Assembly (NCBI GenBank): GCA_903888395.1 | Contig: CAISTO010000076.1 | Span: 1-33,647, forward strand | Reading direction: 5' to 3' | DNA length: 33,647 nt | Source of the DNA: an uncultured Bacteroidota bacterium | GTDB lineage: Bacteria; Bacteroidota; Bacteroidia; UKL13-3 | Part shown: positions 26,622-33,647 of the stretch, in pieces | Layout of the letters: the number at the start of each line of letters is the position of its first letter | Position numbering within the stretch: the first letter of the stretch is position 1 | Notes under the pieces: model-generated | Databases searched by the model: none | Told to the model about the DNA's origin: nothing | What the model saw: the letters and a program-made list of their open reading frames with translations, nothing else | Made by a program: the position numbers and the translations under genes

Positions 26622-27767
26622 ATGAGTAAAAAATCGGAAAGAAGAAGTTTTATTGCCAATCTATCATTAGCATTTTCGGCTGCATTGGTGGCACCTTTTC
26701 ATAGTTTTTCACATTCATTTAAACAATCATTTCAAAATATGAATAACAATATAAATCCTATTTTAGGCATAAAACCTTTGGGTTTTCAATGGGAAACCGC
26801 AGATCCTTTTTTGTTTTGTGTACACCATGAAGATAAATTCCCTAAGGGAAATGAACTGATGGGTCCTGAAAGCAGTAATTTTAAAGGTCGCCACATGGGC
26901 GATGATTTCATTATCAAAGATGGTTTTAGAATGTATCATGGGCAAACTGTTCCTGGTTTTCCTGGTCATCCGCACCGAGGTTTTGAAACCATTACTGTGG
27001 TTAGAAAAGGTTTGGTTGACCATGCTGATTCGCTAGGGGCCGCAGGCCGATATGGCGATGGCGATGTGCAATGGATGACCGCTGGTAAAGGCGTGCAACA
27101 TTCCGAAATGTTTCCTTTAATACATCAAGATGCTGAAAACCCATTGGAGTTGTTCCAAATTTGGTTGAATTTACCCAAAAAAAACAAAATGGTATCACCA
27201 CATTTTAAAATGCTTTGGCGCGAATCTATTCCAAATTATGTTCACAAAGATTCCAACCACAAAACTGCCAAAGTGGAGGTGATTGCTGGTAAAATAAATA
27301 AATATCATGCGCAAAATCCTCCGCCCGATTCGTGGGCAGCAGATGAAAAAAATGAAGTAGCAGTATGGAACATAAAAATGGAAGCGGGTGCTGAATTTGT
27401 ATTGCCAAAGGCAAGTGAAGGAATTAACAGAACTCTTTATTTTTATGAAGGAATATCTGTAACTATAGGTGATGTAATTGTAAATTCTTATAATGCAGTA
27501 ACTGTATTACCGCAATACGATTTAACGATAATAGCAGGGGAAAAGGAAGTAAGTATTTTGGTATTGCAAGGCAAACCAATAGGTGAACATGTAATGCAAT
27601 ACGGCCCGTTTGTAATGAATACCAAAGAAGAAATTAATCAAGCATTTGAAGATTACCACCAAACAAAATTTGGCGGCTGGCCGTGGCCCAAATACGACCA
27701 AGTTCACGACCGTAACAAAAGCCGTTTTGCCAAACATGCTGATGGAAGGTTGGAGGTGAAAGGGTAG
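26622..27767 (+). CDS. Pirin-family cupin with an N-terminal twin-arginine (Tat) signal
   Basis: SERRSFIANLSLAFSAALVAP resembles a Tat signal. Pirin metal-site motifs HPHRGFETIT and QWMTAGKGVQHSE are present. Confidence 0.85.
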   Translation: MSKKSERRSFIANLSLAFSAALVAPFHSFSHSFKQSFQNMNNNINPILGIKPLGFQWETADPFLFCVHHEDKFPKGNELMGPESSNFKGRHMGDDFIIKDGFRMYHGQTVPGFPGHPHRGFETITVVRKGLVDHADSLGAAGRYGDGDVQWMTAGKGVQHSEMFPLIHQDAENPLELFQIWLNLPKKNKMVSPHFKMLWRESIPNYVHKDSNHKTAKVEVIAGKINKYHAQNPPPDSWAADEKNEVAVWNIKMEAGAEFVLPKASEGINRTLYFYEGISVTIGDVIVNSYNAVTVLPQYDLTIIAGEKEVSILVLQGKPIGEHVMQYGPFVMNTKEEINQAFEDYHQTKFGGWPWPKYDQVHDRNKSRFAKHADGRLEVKG

Positions 27768-27773
27768 AGGTTT

Positions 27774-27827
27774 TTGATTTATTGATTTATTGATTTATTG
27801 ATTTATTGATTTATTGATTTATTGATA
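27774..27827. repeat. 8-bp tandem repeat (ttgattta), 6 full copies plus a partial copy
   Basis: Perfect units at 27774-27821 plus ttgata at 27822-27827, starting 7 nt after the pirin stop. Confidence 0.95.
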
Positions 27828-27849
27828 TGTTGGTTAATTCTTAACTATC

Positions 27850-28015
27850 TTTATTGTTAGCGCAGCGCTCTATGGATTCTAAATGAAATGTAGTGTCTCT
27901 GACACGGTTTAGTATAACGAGTTTAGAAACTCTTCCTTCATTTTAAATCCGTAGTCACCTGCCCTAATGCCATTTCACAAGACTACGGATAGTGAGGTCT
28001 CTACCTTGGAAACAA
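27850..28015. other. Structured non-coding element (candidate sRNA or MITE-like module), strand unknown
   Basis: 18-bp helix 27870-27887 / 27937-27954 (two mismatches, one G-U); 8-bp helix ccgtagtc 27949-27956 / gactacgg 27981-27988. Inner hairpins gtgtc-tct-gacac and gagtt-taga-aactc. Locally higher GC; no ORF. Confidence 0.35.
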
Positions 28016-28086
28016 TACCTATTAAATACATTATGCGTTTCGATGGGTTCATCATTCAACATTCAAAACCCAACATTCAACATTTC

Positions 28087-29958
28087 CTAATGCGCAACCA
28101 TTATCTTCTTGCTATGCACCACTGTTTCACCATCTTTAATGACTAGTTGGTAATAGCCATTGTTAAGGTTTAGGGCATTGAAAACAAATCGGTTCAAGCC
28201 AGCTTTGGCCCTTTCGGTGAGCAATAATGTTTCTTTACCTTGCATGTCTATCAATACAAAATTCAATACTTTTTTCTCTTCATTGGTAAAATCTATGTTC
28301 ACATATTCTTTGGCTGGAATAGGGTAAATACTTACATCGTTTAATTGCTCATTGCGAAGCTTTATTATTTCATCATTGCCTAATTTAGCATCCCTGTTTT
28401 TGCTAATGCCTATCCACGTTCTGTTATCGTTATTTACACCAAAACTTCCATTATAAAATACTTTGCCTAAGTCGTTGTACTTGCGCTGAATTCCGCTGTA
28501 ATCGCCCCAACGTTCTAAGGTATCTCCAATTAATAAAATATTACTTTCACCTAATTTCATGATGGCAGGAGTCGATGGATTTAAATTCCTGTCGACATAC
28601 ACCAAACTATTGCCCGGAAAAGTTCGTGGCGAAACATGGCTGCAAGTAATCATGGCGCTATTATCGCCCAAGCCACCACCACAATAAGCAATGCTCGGAT
28701 AACCATAATCCATGGTATCGGAACTAATCATTTGTAACTTGGCATTCAATAAATCTTTACTCCAATAATTGTCAATGGTAATTAAGTAAAATCCTGCTGC
28801 GTTATAGCGTGCATCTACCGAATTTCCCACCATATAAAAAATGCCATTTTCATACATGGCGCTTAAAATACGTGCATCGTTGGTTTGAAGTTTTTTTCCA
28901 TTTGGTTGAAAAGCATTTGGCTGCAAGCCATAATGATTATCGGCTTTTGCTACCCTTAACTTTAATTCCGCTTTCCCCGATTTAATGGTATTGGTAATTT
29001 CATGTACAAACACCGTATCGTTCCAAAGTTGGTCGGGTCTAACAGAAAAAAACTGCATGTTTGGTCCGTATGATTTACTTCCACCTTTAGCCGGACAAAT
29101 ACTCCAAATAGGTTTGTTATTATACTTAATATCGTAATATACTTTTTGATTCAAAGTATCGCCTTTATATCCATTGTCTTTATCCATTTGCCAAATAAAA
29201 CTTTCTATAAATCCATTCTTCCAATAAGTATTGTCTTTAAGCCTGTTTACAGTTAAAAACAATTCGTGATTTGAAATAGAAATAATTGGATAATCGCTCC
29301 AGCTGCTATCGCCAAACAAATTCCCACGAATGGTATAAAAATTCCAGTTCAATGCAGGGTCGTTGGTTTGGCTGAATCCTACAATTATTCTAGTATCTTT
29401 ACTTGTACTTCCTTGCATAAATACCAATATAAACCTGTCGGCCTCAGGGTCGTAAATAACTCTTGGGTCATAAGTTCTGTTTAGGTTGGTGATGCCTTTG
29501 GCAATAGACGACAAGGTGCGCGATGAAAGCACTTTTCCGGTATCGTTTAATATATTCATATTGGTGTTTACCACACTGCAAATAATGCCTGCGTTGCTAA
29601 CCGCAATATCGTTATCGTTGGGTGTTCCTTGCGTAATATTGGCTTTAAATCCTTTTAATTGCACCGGCTGAGGAACAGCAGTTTTATTCAATGTGTTTAC
29701 CGATTTTCCATTATAATTTTGCATGCTTTCAAAATGCTTTGCATCTAGCATTTGCTTATTCATATTATAAGTAGTTGCGGGCAATGGATTTGTAGCTTTT
29801 ATCAGCATCAGTTTTGGATCGTAATCTTCATCCTTGTCGCTCATATTAATTACCGCTGCCAAAGGAGTTTTAGTGGTTAAACTCTTATAACTCGATTGTG
29901 CTTTTATATTTATTTGAAAGGCAATAAAGCCTATCAAAATTGCTGTATTTTTTTTCAT
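28087..29958 (-). CDS. Secreted protein of unknown function with a T9SS C-terminal sorting domain
   Basis: Signal peptide ending IKAQS; C-terminal tail VSIYPIPAKEYVNIDF ... GYYQLVIKDG ... KKIMV. Confidence 0.75.
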   Translation of the reverse strand: MKKNTAILIGFIAFQINIKAQSSYKSLTTKTPLAAVINMSDKDEDYDPKLMLIKATNPLPATTYNMNKQMLDAKHFESMQNYNGKSVNTLNKTAVPQPVQLKGFKANITQGTPNDNDIAVSNAGIICSVVNTNMNILNDTGKVLSSRTLSSIAKGITNLNRTYDPRVIYDPEADRFILVFMQGSTSKDTRIIVGFSQTNDPALNWNFYTIRGNLFGDSSWSDYPIISISNHELFLTVNRLKDNTYWKNGFIESFIWQMDKDNGYKGDTLNQKVYYDIKYNNKPIWSICPAKGGSKSYGPNMQFFSVRPDQLWNDTVFVHEITNTIKSGKAELKLRVAKADNHYGLQPNAFQPNGKKLQTNDARILSAMYENGIFYMVGNSVDARYNAAGFYLITIDNYWSKDLLNAKLQMISSDTMDYGYPSIAYCGGGLGDNSAMITCSHVSPRTFPGNSLVYVDRNLNPSTPAIMKLGESNILLIGDTLERWGDYSGIQRKYNDLGKVFYNGSFGVNNDNRTWIGISKNRDAKLGNDEIIKLRNEQLNDVSIYPIPAKEYVNIDFTNEEKKVLNFVLIDMQGKETLLLTERAKAGLNRFVFNALNLNNGYYQLVIKDGETVVHSKKIMVAH

Positions 29959-29964
29959 TGTTAT

Positions 29965-30369
29965 TTATTTTGCTAGTAATAAAATATAATCAAATTCTTC
30001 TTGTTTTATGCTCATAACCGAAAGCCTACCTTGCCTTACCAATCCTATGTTTTTAAGGTTCTCATCGGCTTTTATTTGTTCTAATGTAACAGGGTGTTTC
30101 AGCTTTTTAAATGGCGCTAAATCTACTACCAACCAGTTTTTATCTTCCGTAGTTGGGTCCTGATAATGCTCTTTTACTACCTTGGCTATTCCCACTATTT
30201 CCTTACCTTCATTGCTATGGTACCAAAGTACTAAATCACCTTTTTGCATTTCACGCAAATTATTTCTTGCTTGATAATTACGCACACCATCCCAAAATGT
30301 TTTTTTATCCAATACAAATTGATCCCAACTGTATTTAAAAGGTTCTGATTTTACTAGCCAATATTTCAT
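29965..30369 (-). CDS. EVE (PUA-like) domain protein
   Basis: 134 aa with MKYWLVKSEP, WDGVRNYQARN and LWYHS, typical of EVE domains. Confidence 0.85.
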   Translation of the reverse strand: MKYWLVKSEPFKYSWDQFVLDKKTFWDGVRNYQARNNLREMQKGDLVLWYHSNEGKEIVGIAKVVKEHYQDPTTEDKNWLVVDLAPFKKLKHPVTLEQIKADENLKNIGLVRQGRLSVMSIKQEEFDYILLLAK

Positions 30370-30416
30370 TTTTTATTTATTAAATACTTGTAATAGGTTA
30401 ATATAATATTTGTTTG

Positions 30417-31862
30417 TTACTTTTGATTTTCAAGAATCGACTTCCAAATTAAATCCATTTCTACATCTTTTCCCGAAATAATTGTTTGGAAGTTAATAAC
30501 AGTTTCAATGTCGGGAATTACTCCCCGGTTTTTATCCTCTATTGGTAAAATATGTTTAAACTGATATTGTGGAATTCGTACAAAGTTTTTGGTATATGGA
30601 AGTTCCATAAATGGAGTATTTACAGCATAACAACCCGATTCTGTTCCTGCAGTTTCTTGTCCTATTAATACTGCTTTTGCTTTATGTTTGGCATAAGCTG
30701 CCACAAAACTAGCAGCACTAAACGAGCCATTGTCAACGATACAAAATATAGCACCATCAAAGTGTTTTTCTTTCTTCAATGATTTTTTATCGTAACCAAA
30801 AGTATAATTATAATTATTGTTATACGTTTTTCTATTTCCGAATAAATCTAACATTTTTCTTGATACATAATACATGGCTTTTTGAGCAAACGGGCTGTTA
30901 TATGTTAAACCTTGTTTGCCTCTGGCAAAACCATAACTAAAAGTATCCTTACTTATATAACTTATTAATTCCGATGCTTGTATTATACTTCCGCCACCAT
31001 TACCACGCAAATCTATAATCAAATATTTAATTTGTTGCTCGGCTATTTGTTCAAAAGCCATGTTATAAAGTTTGGTAGCATTTTGTAATTGAAAGCCCTT
31101 TATTTTTAAAACAGCCGTTTGTGTGTCTCCTTTACAAATTCGAAAACTGGCCAGTTTTTGGTTAAACAAATCATACTTAATTTTAGGCGTTTTTACTTTA
31201 TTTTTTAAAGCTACTTTTGTTTTAATATTAAATGTTTGAGTATCGCCATTTATCGTTATTGTTTTTAAATGATAAACAGAATCTTCGCCAAAAAAGGCCA
31301 TATAATAGGTTTGGAATTGCGAAGCACCATAAAAACTCTTCATACTACTTAAGCCCGCATCGGCATTTTGAATCAAATGAATGCTATCAATAATAGCTAA
31401 TGCATTGTTCCCGTTAATCGATTTTATTTCCGTGCCTTTTACCAAGTTACTGTCGTTCGATTCGTTTTCAGTAACAATAATTTTATTGTTTAAAAATGCT
31501 ACTTTGAATGGAACTGAAAAGTGTTTTCGTTTATTAAATATTTTGAGTGATTTATTACTTGGAATCACCTGCGTATGTCCACATTTTATATTTGCCAAAT
31601 ACTCGCGAAGTATCAATCTGTATTTTACATTTTGTAGGGGAACATTTATTTTTTTTAAAGTATTTTGGTAAATATTTTCCCAATTTTCTTTGCTTGTATA
31701 TTTGTATATTCCAGGATGGTTAAGTAATAAATGTTTGTGTAAATACTTAAAATCTTCGGTCATATCTTCCACATTATAAATGGTATCAGCTTGTTTTTGA
31801 GCTTGTATATTTACCGATAAGGTGAACGAATAAAAAAGAATTATATATTTAAAAATGGTCAT
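30417..31862 (-). CDS. S41 family peptidase (tail-specific-protease-like), secreted
   Basis: Signal peptide ending NIQAQ; S41 core motif LIIDLRGNGGGS and downstream GSFSAASFVA. Confidence 0.82.
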   Translation of the reverse strand: MTIFKYIILFYSFTLSVNIQAQKQADTIYNVEDMTEDFKYLHKHLLLNHPGIYKYTSKENWENIYQNTLKKINVPLQNVKYRLILREYLANIKCGHTQVIPSNKSLKIFNKRKHFSVPFKVAFLNNKIIVTENESNDSNLVKGTEIKSINGNNALAIIDSIHLIQNADAGLSSMKSFYGASQFQTYYMAFFGEDSVYHLKTITINGDTQTFNIKTKVALKNKVKTPKIKYDLFNQKLASFRICKGDTQTAVLKIKGFQLQNATKLYNMAFEQIAEQQIKYLIIDLRGNGGGSIIQASELISYISKDTFSYGFARGKQGLTYNSPFAQKAMYYVSRKMLDLFGNRKTYNNNYNYTFGYDKKSLKKEKHFDGAIFCIVDNGSFSAASFVAAYAKHKAKAVLIGQETAGTESGCYAVNTPFMELPYTKNFVRIPQYQFKHILPIEDKNRGVIPDIETVINFQTIISGKDVEMDLIWKSILENQK

Positions 31863-31955
31863 TAATTGATTGAAAATTTATGTGATGCAAAATACTTAAA
31901 TACATTTTATAAAAAATAGCATAATTGTAATAAAATAAAATTCATAGTTTTGTCC

Positions 31956-32870
31956 ATGCAATCATCCAATCATATTCTAATGATAAGGCCCGTAGCCTTT
32001 ACTTTTAATGTTCAAACTGCTGCTAGCAATTCGTTTCAAAAACAAGCCGAGGCAAATAGTGAAACTCAACATTTAGCATTAATAGAATTTGATTCTTTGG
32101 TAAATAAATTAAAACATGTTGGTGTAAATGTTATCGTTATTAACGATACCATTGAGCCGCATAAACCCGATTCTATTTTCCCTAATAATTGGATTAGTTT
32201 TCACCAAAATGGTGAAATTGCTGTTTACCCTATGCAGGCTCCAAACCGCAGATTAGAAAGGCGTTTTGATATTTTAGATCAACTAGGGGATACCTTTGAA
32301 TTAAATGAAATTCAGGATTTTACTGCTTACGAAAATGAGAATAAGTTTTTGGAAGGAACCGGAAGTATGGTGTTAGATAGGGAAAATAAGATATGTTATG
32401 CATGTCTTTCGCCCCGAACTGATTTGAGTTTATTAGAAAAGTTTTGTACTAAATTTAATTATCAACTTATTCATTTTATTGCCAACGATATTTTGGGAAA
32501 TGCCATTTACCACACCAATGTGGTAATGAGTGTTACCTCTGATTTTATCATTATTTGTAAAGAATGTATTCCTAATAAACTTGAATTAACGGAAATATTG
32601 GCAAGCACTAACAAACAAATTATTGAAATTAGTTTAGCGCAATTGAACCAATTTGCTGGTAATGTTTTGGAGGTTTTAGGAACTGATAATAAAAAATATT
32701 TGGTCATGAGTGAACAAGCATTTAAAGCATATACTCTAGCACAAATAAAAGCTTTTGAAACACATTACACCATTTTACATTCACCACTTTATACTATAGA
32801 AACCAATGGTGGCGGGAGCGCTAGGTGCATGATTGCCGAGGTTTTTTTGAAGTTGAAAGATAAAAAATAG
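31956..32870 (+). CDS. Amidinotransferase-fold guanidino-group-modifying enzyme (arginine deiminase-related / CtlX-like)
   Basis: HILMIRPVAFTFN N-terminus and the C-terminal catalytic-Cys motif GGGSARCMIAE. ATG 31956 is preferred over TTG 31950. Confidence 0.75.
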   Translation: MQSSNHILMIRPVAFTFNVQTAASNSFQKQAEANSETQHLALIEFDSLVNKLKHVGVNVIVINDTIEPHKPDSIFPNNWISFHQNGEIAVYPMQAPNRRLERRFDILDQLGDTFELNEIQDFTAYENENKFLEGTGSMVLDRENKICYACLSPRTDLSLLEKFCTKFNYQLIHFIANDILGNAIYHTNVVMSVTSDFIIICKECIPNKLELTEILASTNKQIIEISLAQLNQFAGNVLEVLGTDNKKYLVMSEQAFKAYTLAQIKAFETHYTILHSPLYTIETNGGGSARCMIAEVFLKLKDKK

Positions 32871-32884
32871 TAGAAATTACTTAC

Positions 32885-32926
32885 ATAAAAAAAGCTGCTT
32901 CACAATGATTGCGAAGCAGCTTTTAA
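32885..32926. terminator. Bidirectional rho-independent terminator between convergent genes
   Basis: 11-bp perfect stem aaagctgcttc (32891-32901) / gaagcagcttt (32913-32923), flanked by an A-run upstream and a T-run downstream. Confidence 0.85.
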
Positions 32927-32948
32927 TATTTTGAAAAGTTGGGTTTAA

Positions 32949-33155
32949 TTAAAAATCTTGTTTAGCAACTCCGTCTTTTATTGCTTGTAATGCAGCTTTT
33001 TCTCCCATGATAGCAGCCATTTTATTGCCTTTTCCATCATTACCTTTTGCAATGTATCCACCTTTAGCTGTTTTAGAAATAACTGCTTCGTGCATTGGTA
33101 CATTTTTTTCTTTTGTTTTTAAGCAATAAGCTTTAACCATTTTTGTAGTATCCAT
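32949..33155 (-). CDS. Small Lys/Ala/Gly-rich hypothetical protein (68 aa)
   Basis: ORF with a good terminator downstream and a -7 box upstream. The KAYCLKTKEK ... AKGNDGKGNKMAAIMG pattern resembles a Cys-depleted short zinc-ribbon family; this is an inference only. Confidence 0.6.
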   Translation of the reverse strand: MDTTKMVKAYCLKTKEKNVPMHEAVISKTAKGGYIAKGNDGKGNKMAAIMGEKAALQAIKDGVAKQDF

Positions 33156-33180
33156 GTTTTTTTTTATATTAATTGTATAG

Positions 33181-33188
33181 CAAATCTA
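33181..33188 (-). promoter_or_regulatory. Candidate -7 promoter box (TAGATTTG on the minus strand) for the 68-aa ORF
   Basis: Exact TAnnTTTG match 26 nt upstream of start 33155. Confidence 0.45.
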
Positions 33189-33647
33189 ATTATTGGAGTC
33201 AAATAAAATAATTTAGATATAGACAGTATTTCCACTAAATTATTTAAATGCTTTAATATGAACCAAAATGTACTAGTAAAGAGTACGTTAGAAATACAGA
33301 AAGAGCATTTATTTATTTGATATAAGATAAAAACAACTAAATTTTATTGTGTTTTATATGTTTTACAGCTACTAATAACGCTATAAATGATTAATAAGTT
33401 CAGAAATATTTGCTTTGAATTATAATATTTCAAAACAAATTGATGGTAATTATTATAATTTTTTACACTTAAATTTATATTGAATTTCCTTCTTTATTTT
33501 AGTCATAAATTAAGTTTTTTACATTATAAATTTAACGTATTTAAAAACTGAGATCTTAGCTATAGAAATTATTTATAAAAATAGTATTCATTATAAATAA
33601 AATGAACCCGATAAATACCGAGTTCATTATTTGAAAAACAATTATTA

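Noticed and set aside
27774-27827. Possibility that the tandem array is a CRISPR or other spacer-containing array
   Set aside because: The units are only 8 bp, are contiguous with no spacers, and there are no cas genes in the window.
31945-31952. TAGTTTTG -7 box just upstream of the CtlX-like gene, and a similar TAAATTTG (minus strand, 2164-2171) upstream of the DUF1801 gene
   Set aside because: The motifs end only 3 nt and 8 nt from the start codons, so the expected transcription start would fall at or inside the coding sequence. That is possible only for leaderless mRNAs, which is not supported enough to call.
33601-33628. Hairpin aatgaac-N14-gttcatt near the window end, considered as a terminator
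   Set aside because: The stem is only 7 bp and AT-rich, the loop is 14 nt, the U-tract is weak, and the gene it would terminate is outside the window.

Overview
AT-rich (roughly one-third GC by eye) chromosomal segment that looks like Bacteroidota. Supporting this are a fused LpxC/FabZ gene, two proteins with T9SS C-terminal sorting domains, and TAnnTTTG -7 promoter boxes. Most of the window is housekeeping: prfC, a 2-Cys peroxiredoxin, mutS, an FBH1/UvrD-like SF1 helicase, pckA, dapA, dnaX, a DEAD-box helicase and lpxC-fabZ/lpxA. Interspersed are envelope or secreted proteins: a putative porin, an OM beta-barrel, an S1C protease, an S41 peptidase, T9SS cargo and a Tat-signal pirin. I found no tRNA, rRNA, CRISPR array, transposase or integrase, and no convincing multi-gene defence island. 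Three things seem most worth a second look. First, dnaX is split at an A10 run with an immediate 0-frame stop, an open -1 frame and a downstream hairpin, suggesting inverted-polarity gamma/tau recoding or a homopolymer error. Second, a small GIY-YIG nuclease gene with a stop at codon 2 is bracketed by two direct copies of a ~105-bp palindromic element, and related GC-rich palindromic modules occur in other intergenic regions. Third, several unexplained structured or repeated intergenic elements sit between convergent genes: a switch-like element, an 8-bp tandem array, and a 24-nt near-identical post-stop sequence. All functional calls come from motif recognition by eye, with no database search.
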